DNA of 64,000 nucleotides from Curvularia clavata (lineage: Eukaryota). The position numbers and the translations under genes were made by a program. Location: assembly GCA_023920165.1 (NCBI GenBank), contig CP089277.1, forward strand, positions 868,001 to 932,000, read 5' to 3'. Each line of letters begins with the position of its first letter. The stretch's first letter is position 1. Shown here one piece after another: positions 51,001 to 64,000 of the stretch. The notes under the pieces were generated by a model. The model worked only from the letters and a program-made list of their open reading frames with translations, ran no database searches and was not told the origin of the DNA.

Positions 51001-51575
51001 GCGGTGAGCCCAGAGCGGAGGGTGTTGAGCGTGGCAGAAGTGTGCCTTTTGAGGACGCGAAGAGGTAGCAGACTGGTGGGTGGTATTCAAGTCAACGGAA
51101 CGAGTTTATGTATTCAAAAGCATTAAGGTAACTGGTAGTGTTGAGATTTATTGATCTAATGCATTGTAAGGGCGCGGCCCCTCGACAGTGCCGGGATATC
51201 GGCGCACTGGTGGATCATTGGATACAAAGGCTCCAGAGACCTGTGGGTAGACTACTCAGCCCACCACTAAGGGTACTACGCACCCATGGCGTAGTGAGGG
51301 CGTTAAGCAGGCATCATATGGGAACGTGTTACTTGATCATATAAATCGATAGCTAGGAACCCTAGACGGGCTTGAGTCAATCTTACACTTTACCCACTCA
51401 TTGCTCGCTGCTATCAGTCTTCTTACATCTATTATCTTCTCACAGTTCATTCGTAGTCGTGAAACCCAAGCTCTTTTCAAACTCTCTTCTAACTCTATGA
51501 ATCTACACTCAACTTTTATTTCCCGAATATGACGTAATCCTTGAAAGCCAGCTTTGGCTCCTCCTAAGCCGTTTT

Positions 51576-53593
51576 CTATCTGTGAAGGCTACCGGCACGC
51601 TGTCGAGTAGCGCTTGGTGGCCTGCTTTGTGACCCAGAACTATCTACTTTCTCCAAATCGCCCTGTTCCTCATCTCGTGTTGCTTCGCTGACGCCAACGT
51701 CTTTCATACCTCCTGGTGTTCCCCCGAAGCTGACTAGTACAGCCGGATTGTCGGCAGTTAGCGCATCTAAAACTTTCAGTTCGTGCTCCGAGAACCATTT
51801 GGGCATCCAGAAGGCGCGTAAGGGAATAAGAGCGATAATCAGCACTGGGAACCCGATCGCAGCAATGGTTTGGGAGATGGCAACTGTGCAGGCAACGCCA
51901 AATATTTGGAGACCGATGAAGAGACGAATTTTCTTGCGGGCGATGGAATTGAGGGGGTCTTGTGGATCGAGGAAACGTCTTTCGGAAACCAGGTACCGGA
52001 GTTTGGCCAGGATACCATTGGATTCTATGGAGCCCCACTAGACAGGAGTCAGTTACTGTGCGGAGAATAACATGAAATCTAAATGGCAGATGCTTACACC
52101 GACAACAAAGAACACGCCCGCAAAAACTGCTGCTGGCATAGTATGAAGGACAACAAGTAGAGGGCCCGTCATGGTGCCCCAAATGCCCATGCCCATTAAG
52201 AAGTGGCTAATGCGCTGTTCAACTACCGCAGTAGCTACAACCTCTGGCTTACGAATCTCGTGCCCATCTTTAGTTTCAGTCACATTGAGCCTTGTTTCAT
52301 AGACGGTCAAAGAATCGGTATGCACTGGTGCTTGAGGTACCAGACCGTTCGGGAGCGGAAGACCAATGACGCCACTAACGAAGCAGGTGCAGCCCAGCAA
52401 AAAGAAATCCCAGTGAAATCCAGCAGGCTTTTTGAGGGGATACTGGCGGGCTTGTGCGGTAAGAGAGGAAACATTCTATCATGAGATGTTAGCTCAAATA
52501 AACACATAAACGGCAAGTCGACTTACATGATCGTAGTAGAAGAGCAACATCATCAAAAACCCGAATGGCAATGCCACAAACACCCATTTGACATCGAGAT
52601 TCCAAAATTCAATTACCCAGTGGCGATTCTGGGTAGGTTGAAAGGCTCCTGCAACTGGGACACGATACAAAGCTGTATTTTTCAAGCGCCCGGGAATATG
52701 CGAAAATCCGACCCAGAAGAGCGTGGGAAAGACGAAAGAGTAATCAGCTAAGATACCACGCACGAATGGGTTAAATACGGTGCTGCCACCAAGCTTCTCG
52801 AGACCGTACACCGAGCCGAAATAGAGGATTGCGATAACGATAGAGAGATAGCCTCCCTCAAATTCCGAGACCTCAAAGAGATAGACCAACTCCTCGACAC
52901 CTTTGACTGTGTAGGAGTTAGCAGTACCTTTAATGAAAAGATTTTAATGTTTACATACCACAGTAAATGATGCCAACATACATGCCGAATGTCTCGCTTG
53001 AGAAGTCGGTAACGTATGCCATGTAGTCGCAATAGTTCCCGAATGATACAATCCAGTGAAAAATGGCAGCCCATATACCAACCCAGGCTGTAAATTCCGG
53101 ATATATGTTTGGTTCGTAGAGTGTGATAATGTCGTAGATGGTATAGTTGAACAGCGCGATTAGACCGGTCACACCAACGATGGTCAGCGGTTGACATGAC
53201 AGCAGGCTAAAGACCATTGCTGCCAAAGCGGATGAGAACAGAGCTTCATTGATGCCGAAGAACCCACCAGTCCGGCGATACATGTCGAGCGTGAAGGCGA
53301 TGGCAGGTAAGACACTGCGCTTGTAAGTACATCACTTGGCCTTCGATTGGATTTACTTACTTGACGAAGTACATGCGCACCGTACTTGCGAAAGCACGGT
53401 AGGTAAAGGCATCTCTGATATCGCTCCAGTAGTATGGTAGTCTCCGTTTAACATCGTGATACATGCCCCGTCCAGGTCGTAACATGCGCCATCTGCGCCA
53501 TCCTTTTTGTCCTTGAAAGGTATAAGATTCGTGTGTCGCAGTTCTTTCCAATGTCTTTTCTTGGTTTAGCCTTGTCCCTTCTGGCGACTCCAT
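51576..53593 (-). CDS. BOR1: SLC4/HCO3- cotransporter family anion exchanger (Bor1 boron transporter-like), multi-exon
   Basis: DVKRRLPYYWSD, QPLTIVGVTG, TDFSSETFG, LLFYYDH, GFHWDFFLLG, NGLVPQAPVHT and VVEQRISH motifs spread over consecutive minus-strand ORFs. Confidence 0.9.
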
Positions 53594-54711
53594 GGCTAGG
53601 ACAGATGACGCAAGCTCACAAGAGATGCACTACAATCTGGTGGAATGAAACCAAAGAATGTGAACGCTAAACGGGATGGACGATCCCTGAGCTTCCAACG
53701 GTATATATACGCCACAACGGTCAATTACGATGCCCGTTCCGCCACGATCGCGAGCGCCATGGCGCATATTGGTAATTGTGGGTAACCAAGTTTTACATAC
53801 TTGTAGTACATCACTCAAGCGTTTCGCCAGGGCTCGCCATTGATCTGATGAAGCCGTATTAACACTATCAAGAACCAAAAAAGAAGACGATAACACGGTG
53901 CAGCAACCATTCCTCATGGATGCGCTTTTCTGATACTGGATTTGTATTGAGAGTACATGTATTGATACGCATCTGGTGGCTTGGTGACGTTCGCCAGAGA
54001 ACGGGAGATCGAGTTCGGGTAGTTAGACATTAGTCTCCGTCTGCCATGTTAGCTAGAGACAAGGGGGGGGGGCACCTGGAAACGCTGCCCAAGCATCATC
54101 GAGCTGCAAGCGCGATAATCCAGACCGAAGAAACATGTTTGCAACAATAGTCTGCGGAAAAAAGAATGCTTTTGCTTGCATTCTGCATGTACGCTACTCT
54201 CTGAGTGGCTGGAACTGCCATGCCATACCAGTTCAACAGCGGTTTCGATGACGCGAAAATAGGCCGAGAGTATGTCCGAAGCCAAGCTTGATCCGCAAAT
54301 TCTCGAAGGGCCTTTCGCGCTGCGCAGCTTCTTCTGCTTGAGCAGAATTTCCATCTACACCCCCATCGATTCTGCCCAGCCCATTTCCCCCATGCCATCA
54401 TGTCATTTAGTCTGCTGGGATCACTTTAGACGAACCAGTTGTTGAGCAGCGCGGAGCCTCGCGTCAAGTTTACCCACCCCTAGCCTGTCGGACGTACCCC
54501 CGCGGACTCTCGCCATCACTGCAAGTTCATCTTGCACAACTGCCGTCATCAGACGCAGGTACCTGTACAACCAAAACTTCGTGTCTGACGCGGTGGCTAC
54601 CAGCTTACTTTCACATGCCGTTCATCTAGTAGCTAAGCCGCATTGGTGTTGAGTGATATTCCTGCAGGCTTGTCTGGGTGTAAGCGAGATCGAACAACGA
54701 GAACTACCAAG

Positions 54712-56843
54712 ATGGCTGCAATACCAGACATTGAAGGCCTTTCAGAATGTATCAGTCGAGCTATACAAGAACATCTTGCCAAGTCCAACATCGACGGCGT
54801 ATGGCCGCAGCTTGACAATCTTAATCACCCCGTCCTTCGCATTGAAGCTTTCCTCGAGGAAGCTGGCAATGACAATGCAACAAGAACTCGATCTGAAAGA
54901 ATAGCGTCGGTACGTTGAGATAACTGCTCCCATCGCAATTATGCATGTGTAATGGCGCATTTTGACACATAGGCAGCAAACATTGGACTTGACGGGCATG
55001 AGGACACCTGCTCCCACTCAGAGCCCGGCCGTTGAGGAACGAGAATTTGATGACACACCAACGGCAGATGAAACTCGTCCTCAGGAAATTCCCTATCCTT
55101 CGAAAGAGGAATCACAGGAGAACCGCAGAAAGGGAACTGGTGGTTTAAGGGTATCGCAAAAGCAATCTTCGTTCCAGGAAGATCTTAGCGAACACCAGCG
55201 ACAGATGCAGATTGACAGCCGGAGTTTCCCAAAAAGGAAAAAAGTACGTATGTGTTATCGTAAAGAAACGGCTGCGCTATCTGCCTGTTTGTTGATGGTG
55301 TAACCCAACTTTGCCTAGTGACTATTCACTATTGTTAGCAATACGACGTGCAGATCGATGTATACTGACAGCTCAAAAGGTCGCCTCAGATAAATTTGTC
55401 TTTCAGCCATCTACTCTAGACAAACTCATCATTGGAATCTGGGAGCAGGTACACGGTTCGATCAACTTGGACCCGAAAGCGATATTCGAACAATTTCAAG
55501 TCGCACCAAATGGATCATCAATGGATATCGTTCGACATGTACAATCAGACCCCGCATCTGCTTCGATGACCGTACTCAATAGTGCAGCGAACACAGCGTG
55601 CGACTCGTTCAGCCAAATGAACATGTTTTGCCGAAAAGTCACACAAGCTAGCCGAGTATGCCGGTCAATTGAGATGATCGTGCAAGCCCGGTGGACGGAA
55701 CTGTTTGAGGACCAAGTGGCTTATCGTAGTCAAACGAGACCAGAATTATCGACGACGAAACACCGAAAGGCTGTTTTCATGGAAGCATGCCAAGATTTTG
55801 CTTGGTCGGAGTAAGTAGAAGGTATCCAATTTGTGCTCACAGAGTATCGAGACCCACTGAGCAGTAGCTTGAATAGTAATCGCTAACAACGCTACTACAG
55901 AAAAGAATTACGCAACAAGATGGCAATCTGGCGAGGGTACAAGGAAGTGAAAGATGCAGCCGGTTGGGCAGCGCTCGTATTTGCCGGCATGGGCATCTAC
56001 CGCTTCTGCAAGTACCGTGTTGGATTCGACAACGACGCCATGCGGCGCCTGAGGAACCTGCGAAAACGGCTAGAAGTAGCTGCTGACACTCTACATCCCC
56101 ACTGGCGCCAGCTGTTGGCAATCGTAGGCGAATCCTCAACGCCTCAATACCCTGGACATCCACACGAATGGGTCGTTTTCGAAGACGGGTCTGATCCGAT
56201 ACCTTTACGTCAGACATATCTGACACAAGACCCGTACTTTGCTTTCGAACACATCGATGAGTCTGTCATTGATGAGTCAGTCTGGGGATGCGAAGACCCC
56301 AGGTGGACGCCGCAAACAAATGTCGTCGCAAAACCAGGTGGTGCATATGTTTGTGCACTGTGCAACGAGCATCAGTCGGACGATCCAAAGGAAAATTCCT
56401 GCTTTTGTTTCCCATCGTTGTTCGGCTGTGTGAAACGCAAGCCGCCTCCAGTTCAGGTATACCGCACGCCCGATGGCAAGAACAATGGCCTCATGGCTCT
56501 GACTTCTTTCGATCGTGGTACTGGCATTGGCGAGCTTGTTGGCCTAATCACAAAAGGCATGAGGCATCTCGACGTGATGGACAGCTCAACACAATCAACT
56601 AGCTATCAAATTTGGCAAGGAAGAGTGGGGAACTATACGCGTTTTGTTAACCACAGTTGCAAGCCCAATGCGCAATGCTCGACGTTTACCTGGTTGGATA
56701 CCCAGAGGGTGGTGCTGGTCAGTAAAGGAATAGAGGCTGGTTCGGAAATCACATTGGACTATGGCGACAAGTACTGGGCTGGATTGGACAAGGCATGCCT
56801 CTGTGGGGAGAGTTGTTGTAGATACAAGAGGGATGGCAAATAA
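54712..56843 (+). CDS. SET-domain protein with Cys-rich pre-SET and post-SET segments; exons 54712-54909, 54977-55243, 55380-55810, 55901-56843
   Basis: RFVNHSCKPN, EITLDYG and post-SET CLCGESCC; exons join in frame (WSE|KELRNKMAIWRGY). The 5' end is less certain. Confidence 0.85.
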
Positions 56844-57538
56844 GTAATAGAGGAAGTCTTCGATTCGTCCTCAGATCTCATTCATCGAAACGCTTATACT
56901 ATCATACATGAGGTTGGGCACAGGGGATAAAGGATCGTGGGAGGTGTAAATAAAGATCCAAATGGTCTATTAGGGATATGGAAGTGTAACGACAATGCGT
57001 CATCAGCGCAATGTTGTGACAACTCTTTGTATACATGATTTAAAATTAGACCCGTAGCTGGATCTAGATTATTTTCCACCTAAATTGACCGAAATACGAG
57101 ACTAAAATTGTGATATGGTGGGGCCTCTTGGTCAAATCAAACAGTGGAAGAGAGACTACCTCTAAGACAGTAGGACGACGCTAATAAAGTGCACTTTCTA
57201 GCTTTTACAGATGGGAAATAGCTACTATCATAGAAATTAAAGGAGATTCAGTCATAATTCAAGTTCATTCTATCATATCCAATGCTGTTTGTAATGACTG
57301 TGCTTATGAGTTGAGCAGTTTTCGCTGATCGAGTTGTATTTCGCTATTGTAGTTGGACGAAGACTAGAGAACAACGATATAAATAAACGAATGTTAGATA
57401 GTGTTAGTTAATCACGCTTTCCTACATACTGTTCAGAACCCTTGCCACCATCTTTCATATGTCGCGTGTCCTCACGGATAGAGGTGTTTGTAAAACCGCA
57501 ACTTCTTACACCTTGGTATTCAACGGCTCATCGAATAT

Positions 57539-58676
57539 CTAGGGAAGTTGTGCTAGATGTGCTTCATGAGCATCAACCGTCTTCTGGGTTGATGAACAAG
57601 GCGGCTGGTACGGAGGTGTTGGACTTGACGGGTTCGCGACTGGTACGACTCCCTTCGTATCGACCGTCTGACTCGCAGTCGGGACTGGATTTGGATATTG
57701 AGTCGTTTCTGGAACTACTGTAAGAGTTGGACGACTTTGACCAGCCGTATACACGGATTGATCGTATGGCATAGGCCCGGATACGGCTGTTCTCTTCCGA
57801 CGCATGAGAAAGAACGTGCCAAATCCGATGAGGGCCAAGGCGGCAATACCACCGAGGACTCCACCTACTATGGCACCAACTGGAGTAGGATTCTTGGGGC
57901 TTGGGGCTGGTGAAGATGTTGTGGGTGAAGGCGTTATAGAGGAAATCGTAGACGTAGAAACAGGCGTAGGTGACACAGAGGTAACTGAAGACCCAGGAGT
58001 GCTTGTGGCGTCATAGTATAGATATGCTGGGCCACCTGAAACAGCACATTCATAATTGGTGTACGTAAAATCCTTGTCGATCCGTACGTTCAGATATGTC
58101 AAGCATTCGGTCGAGGCGCCATCGTTACTATGGTCAGTTAGAAAGTACTACAGGAAGCAGGCGATTTATAACTGTGTGAAGACCAGACTCAGAGTTTGCG
58201 TACCAGGTCAATGTAGAGATCCTCTCAATTGTATTTGACATACTTCTTTTGGGAACACACCAGGTCCATACATCATCGCAGGCGTCTTCATCAACGCAGC
58301 AACCAAATCATGAGAGAGTCTTGCCGAAGAGGCAGCTCAATCCGTCGCTGCAAGTGACAGGCTTATCTGCATCATGTCAGGCCTGACTTCTGGAAACGAG
58401 ACGAGTGCGTAACACGTGTAGCCCAGAAGAAAACAGGTGTGCCTTACTCCAATCTCCCCTTGAGAACCCACAGGTCTCAACACCGATTGAGACTTCAGCT
58501 TGACGTTTGAAAAGGCTTGCTGGGTCCCGCTTTCTTGGTGCAGGCGTTGGCACCGGACTCGTGCCTTTCATGGCCATCTCCTCATTGCTAAGGAGGTGGA
58601 ACTGTGTCACAATCAGACCTAGAGACATAGAAAAAGCTACCTGCAACAAAGCCGCGATGGTGAATGTGAGGTACAT
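57539..58676 (-). pseudogene. Signal peptide + Cys-rich ectodomain + S/T stalk + single transmembrane protein gene with one in-frame TGA (58308-58310); exons 58676-58448, 58366-58204, 58127-57539
   Basis: Spliced frame reads ..ETCGFSRGDW|NKPVTCSDGLSCLFGKTLS*FGCCVDEDACDDVWTWC..|CNDGASTECLTY..GAIVGGVLGGIAALALIGFGTFFLMRRKR. Both introns have GT, CTGAC/CTAAC and AG signals. Confidence 0.68.
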
Positions 58677-59866
58677 TTTCAAGGAGGAGATGAAATTCAT
58701 ATGTTTTGCAAGGCTCGAGGCACGAAGCAGCATCATTATAAATCTTCTACACTGACCAACTACGACGCTTGCCGATTCAAGAGCTGAATCTGAATTTGAC
58801 CCAGGGTTGTTCCTCAGCCAACCCAGCCACTCGCATTCGAGCGCCTTATTCTTGCCATCATGATCTGTCTGGTAGCGTGAGAGTCGGTCCGTTAGGCACA
58901 CGCGTGTTCTTGCAGCTCGATAAATCTTACCGGCAAGCTTTAGTGATGAAAACACATGAAGTATGTGTGGCTGTGAAATCCAGAGTGAAGACACTTCATC
59001 TAAGCGCGAACTTCATCTACAATATCAATTGACAACCGAAGCAGAAATGAAGATCCAAGTCTCCTAAAGATTTCAAACACAGGCTGCGCACTTGCAGCTG
59101 AGATAAGAGGATCATAATGCACCCACCAAACCAGACCATTCTTCAATACTCCTCTATCAAAGCCATCGTTCATTTTTGTCGTATTCAGCTTATGGCTGAA
59201 TTCAAAACCTGCACCTGGGAAATACGAGCAGCTCTTGCTTTTTCTTGATAGGCGAAAGGCTGAAATTTAGCGATACGGCCCCACCTTCGGTTTCCTGATA
59301 TAGGCAGTATAGCTGAGATCTAGTCTTCCTAAGAGATGACGGAGTGCATATGTCTTTTCATGTTTCAAAGCCTCTCATAGCTTCCGCGGAGGCACGAATG
59401 GACACTATGCCGTATACCTTCAGCCCAAGTACCAGATCCTGTGCACAGAAGAACTGGACAGTCGCGTAAGCTTTGGTAATGCCATAACATCTTCATCTGT
59501 TATTTACATGTGACTGATGTTTTACTCCAGATACTCGATAGTTCTCAATTCAGTAGCGTTTCCGAAATACGTCTTGACTTGTTGCGCAATTCCGGGTCGA
59601 ACAGTGATATCTACGACGGCGCTCTTAGGAAGACGCTCAAACCTAGTTAGAGGAGATAAACGAGAAAAGGAGTGCAAGAACTGTGTAAAATGTGAGAACG
59701 CAGTATATTGAATGGTGAGTTGTGCACAGTTGTGTTGTCCAATGTTCAGCCCTAATAGATCCCGTGGTGTTATCGATAACAGTTAGCGCAAGACACCCCT
59801 GCATAAAATTTCGGAACCATCCAGCTCGAACGTCGGCTGTTGAGAACAACCAACAATCACAACAAA

Positions 59867-61501
59867 ATGAGTAGCGACTACAGCGATTCCGGAGCATCTG
59901 ACCAGGAGATATTAGAAGCCCAGTCTGGGGCAAGAAAAAGGAGGAGACTCTCGCCTGTCGATGGTGACGAAATTTCTGCTTCAGAGGCTGAAGCTCCACC
60001 CGCTCCAAAGCCACTCCAAGTGGCTCCTCCAACAATTTCGCGCATCAAAGCAAGAAACAGTGGTGCGCAAAGTAACGCCAAACCATCTGGAGCTACGAAC
60101 ACCCCAGCGGTCAACCAAAAGCTCAGCTTTGCGTCACTCAATGTGGCGCCATGGCTCGTTGCCTCACTCGCCAGTATGGAGATCAAGCGACCGACCGGCA
60201 TTCAAGCATCCTGTATCCCCGAGATCTTGAAGGGAAAGGACTGTATAGGAGGCTCACGAACGGGTACGGGTAAGACTATAGCGTTTTCGGTACCCATTAT
60301 GCAAAAGTGGGCAGAGGATCCGAGTGGTATCTTTGCAGTTATTATCACGTGAGTACCGCCTTTTGATGTTGTTAATTCGGCACGAACGATGTTGTGTAGA
60401 CCAACGACAGCAGCATACTAATGGCCATTCAGACCTACACGCGAACTTGCAATCCAGATCTACGAGCAAGTCAAGGCCATTTCGGCTCCTCAGTCTATGA
60501 AACCCATTCTTATTACTGGAGGCTCAGACCAACGTGCCCAGGCTATTGAGCTTGCTTCGCGCCCTCATGTCGTAATTGCGACGCCAGGCCGACTGGCCGA
60601 GCACATTCGAACCTCGGGCGAAGACACCATCTGCGGTCTGCGCCGCGTACGATTTGTTGTTTTTGACGAAGCCGACCGTCTGCTCACACCAGGAAAAGGC
60701 TCCATGCTGCCCGATCTTGAGACGTGCTTGTCTGTGCTCCCGCCCAAAGAAACCCGACAAACCCTCTTGTTTACTGCGACAGTAACACCAGAGGTACTAG
60801 CTTTGAAAGATCAGCCGCGCGCACCGGGCCGTCTGCCAATTTTCGTCTCAGAAGTAGACACCGAGGATCTAGCGATCCCTCCGCGCCTCCAACAACAGTA
60901 CCTCCAAACGCCCGTCACACACAAAGAGTGCTACCTTCATGTGCTTCTTAACACACCCGTCAACAGCCAGAAAAGTGTAATCATTTTCTGCAACCGGACC
61001 AAAACAGCTACTTTGCTCGAATACATGCTGCGTCTCCTTGAGCACCGTGTCACCGCTCTGCACTCGGGTCTCAAGCAATCTGATCGTGTAAACAACCTAG
61101 CACGTTTCCGTGCGCAAGCAGCTCGTATTCTTGTGGCAACTGACGTTGCGGCTCGTGGTCTTGATATCCCAGAGGTAGCGCTTGTCATCAATTTCGACGT
61201 CCCACGTGATCCGGATGATTACATCCACCGTGTTGGTCGTACAGCGCGTGCGGGTCGTACGGGTACGGCTATCACACTGATTGGACAGAGAGATGTAGAG
61301 CTTGTGCTCGCGATTGAAGCCCGAGTTGGCAAGAAGATGGAAGAGTTTGAAGAAGAGGGCGTTAGTGTCGAGGGCAGAGTTGTAAGGGATGCATTGAAGC
61401 CGGTCACAGAGAAGAAGAGAGAGGCGATGCTGAGTATCGAGGAGGGGAGGGATGTGCTGGGGAAGAGAAAGGTGGGTATGCAGAAGAGGAGGGCTGAGTA
61501 A
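59867..61501 (+). CDS. DBP8: DEAD-box RNA helicase Dbp8; intron 60349-60432
   Basis: Q motif [45 protein letters not shown] and [26 protein letters not shown] is typical of Dbp8/DDX49. Confidence 0.92.
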
Positions 61502-61680
61502 CGTTTACGAGAAGTTGCCATTTTCTCTCTACGCTCGGTTATTCTTTCCGTAAGCTAGGTGTATTTACACGGGCAAAACAAGAGCAGATTGAATAGAATG
61601 TTTAATTAAATAACATTTTGTCATAAAAACTCCAAAAGTGAAACCTACAAACTAATTAAACTTCATGTCCATCCATCGAA

Positions 61681-62615
61681 TTACTTCTCCGCCGCCTCAA
61701 ACGCCTCTTGCTTGACCTTACTATTCTCACTCACCCTCCAGCTCTCAATATACTCCTCCACCTCCTCACGCCCATTCTCCTTCCCGGGTACAGGCTCGCC
61801 CCAAGTGCCCCAATACGGCACGACTCCTGTCCACGTCTTCTTCACAAGCTCCTTATTCTTCAAATCCGCACGATCTTCACTCGGACCTCCCGCCCTAATC
61901 TTCGCCGATGCCTAGAATTTATACCGTTACTAAAATGCCACGTCCCAAACGAGAATGAGAACAAGAGAGGAGGCAGGGAAGAAGAAAAAGAAAAAACTTA
62001 CCGAACTAATCTTGACCTTCAACACACTCGTACTCTTCACCTCGGCCTGTGTAGGCGGAACCCTACTCCCCTCCCACCTCCCCGGCAGCATATTCTCCGT
62101 AATCAACTTCATAGCCCACATTGCCTCTTCCTCGTCCTCCACCACATTTGCGTACCCATACACAACCGCAGACCGATAATTGCACGAATTATGGAACGGC
62201 GTGAGACTCAGGACCAGGCCGTCGAGGAACGAGGCGGCGATGGTGACGGGGAGGCCAGGGTTATCATCTTGAGGCGAGGCTTTCTTGAAAAGTCGTCCGG
62301 ACACGTAGCCGTGGATGTAGACGTCCCGGTCTGGGCTGCTGGGAGAGGAAAAGTTGCCGGTGCAGCCGAGCATGGGGAGCACGACTGGGAAGGGGTGGGA
62401 GGGATCGTTGAAGGAAACATGTAGGATGGGACAGCTGTCGAGGAGAGTGTGGATAGTTGTGTAGTCGTATTGGCCTGAGTTTAAGAGTGTTAGATTTGGG
62501 TAAGTGGGCGAGAGAGAGAGAGAGAGAGAGAGAGATGCATGCCTCTGTTTGGTAACCGGCCGAGTTTGTTGACGGCAGTTTTTGGGTATTCTGGTGAAGA
62601 CGACGAGGAAGACAT
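61681..62615 (-). CDS. Flavin-nucleotide-binding protein (pyridoxamine 5'-phosphate oxidase / NimA-like split barrel), 3 exons
   Basis: NR|GQYDYTTIH..ILHVSF..LPMLG..YIHGYVSGRL..DGLVLSLTPFHNSCNYRSAVVYG..GRWEGSRVPPT..|ASAKIRAGGP..WTGVVP. Confidence 0.87.
62511..62535. repeat. (AG)12 microsatellite inside intron 1 of the flavin-binding protein gene
   Basis: Read directly. Confidence 0.9.
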
Positions 62616-63352
62616 GTTTGGTTTCTGTGGTTTCTCCTGCTCTTTGCGAAAAGTCGAGTAGTGTCTTCTTTCCTGATTGCTTTCACAGTGAATTTATAAA
62701 GATACTAGCTAGTCCTGCTAAAAGAGAAAAAAACCGATTTCCTTGTGTTCTTTGTCTCTGCTCTATATCCAACAATTCAAGTCAAGCTGCATTTATGTAT
62801 CTCCTGTTAAAGTCTGACTCCAACCACAGGCTGGAAAAGCGGGGGGCCTGAATTACTATTTCCGCCTCTCCTATTGGCTATTTCGATATGCGAACTCGCG
62901 TATATAGCGTCTATACAAGTATGACTGGCAACACCCAAGCTCCGCGCTGGGTAGTGATGGGTAATCGTGGCTACACAAGGAATTGGCAAATCCAGCATCA
63001 GCCTTAATTGTGCAATTGACATGTCAGATAATTAGCGTGATAAAAAGGTCGTGATGTGTATATTCTGAATAATGTTTGCCCCTGATTCCGTTCATGACTC
63101 TATCCAATCCACCGGGAAAAATACGAATCAAGGAAAAACACGCCCCAATGAGCCTCAATGGCCATTGCTATGACACCGAATATCCAGACGGCGAGATTAG
63201 CCAAACTCTCCAAAGGAACTCCCAAACACCCAAAATAATGCATAATACAGAATACAGGTGTCGCGCCCGTCGTCTTGAAACATGCTCTCCTCCATGTCCA
63301 AACACAGACCCTCCTCTCTTCCTATCCCACGCTTCATGTTCTCAAATCCTCA

Positions 63353-64000
63353 CTACCTAAAACCCCATGCACTCCGCAGTCCACCCCTCACGCTCTCCAG
63401 CTTCAGGCACTGGTAGGGACTACTCTGCGGGTCGTAGTATAATCCCTCCAGCTTGCCGCTTGTCCGATTCAGAGCAACATAGTAGAATCCGCTTATGGTA
63501 AGACCGCAACCCGAGTCGTCAAACGTGGCATGTTCGGCGTCGTTTGCAGAAGAAGAGTTGAAGAGGGGCTGGGGTGTGATTTCAACTTCGGCGCGACCGG
63601 TTTGCGCATTACGGACGATACGGTAGGGCGAGGGCTGGATTTGAGACATGTGGACGGAAGTGGATGCTGGGCCATCTGAATAGAATGGCGCTGTTGTAGT
63701 GGAGGGTGGCGGTTGCACGGGATCTGATGTACTGCGATTTAAGCTCTTGACAAAGCAGCGTTCTTTCCAACGCATGAGGATCCATTCCTGGCTCAAGACT
63801 TCGGTAAACCATTTCTTGCTCGTCAAAGCCCTGATGACTTCTTCATCGGTCATCTTTTGGAAAGGCGGAAGCTTCCGCCAGTATGTCGCATCGTTTGCAG
63901 CGCTGGATTTGAACGATTCGGTAAGAAGAGTGTGGTTGTTGAAGTCGAGTATCTCGCCTTCCAGGTATGTGGTGATGGAGGATGTGCGCGTCACTGGCGG
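63353..64000 (-). CDS. GID4: GID complex substrate receptor Gid4/Vid24, 3' part (gene runs off the window)
   Basis: ITTYLEGEILDF, DATYWRKLPPF, WILMRWKERCF and GLTISGFYYVALNRTSGKLEGLYYDPQSSPYQ. Confidence 0.88.
   Translation of the reverse strand, partial: PPVTRTSSITTYLEGEILDFNNHTLLTESFKSSAANDATYWRKLPPFQKMTDEEVIRALTSKKWFTEVLSQEWILMRWKERCFVKSLNRSTSDPVQPPPSTTTAPFYSDGPASTSVHMSQIQPSPYRIVRNAQTGRAEVEITPQPLFNSSSANDAEHATFDDSGCGLTISGFYYVALNRTSGKLEGLYYDPQSSPYQCLKLESVRGGLRSAWGFR

Overview
Eukaryotic, intron-containing DNA from a filamentous ascomycete (probably a Dothideomycete/Pleosporales-type fungus; inferred from gene content and short GT-AG introns with CTAAC/CTGAC branch sites). Positions 1 to about 9.5 kb are an accessory-looking, TpA-rich block carrying a large fungal NLR immune receptor: PNP_UDP effector, NACHT domain and 31 near-identical 99-bp ankyrin repeats, about 2060 aa once four exons are joined. 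The rest is a core-like gene run: SnoaL/NTF2-like protein, processive GT2, TPT1, Rab5/Vps21, C2H2 protein, GT90 (CAP10-like), cysteine dioxygenase, RBG1/DRG1, CENP-B-type HTH protein, PXA-domain protein, MED10, BOR1-type anion transporter, SET-domain protein, a Cys-rich single-pass membrane gene with an in-frame stop, DBP8, a flavin-binding protein and a partial GID4/VID24. The most interesting observations are (1) an 896-nt intron in the PXA gene containing nested long-range helices, which pair best on the transcribed strand, directly upstream of a candidate stop-containing cassette exon, and (2) the NLR repeat array, which shows block shuffling in two-repeat steps and RIP-type transitions without acquired stops. 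All gene models were assembled by hand from splice signals and reading frame; no database searches or folding programs were run.
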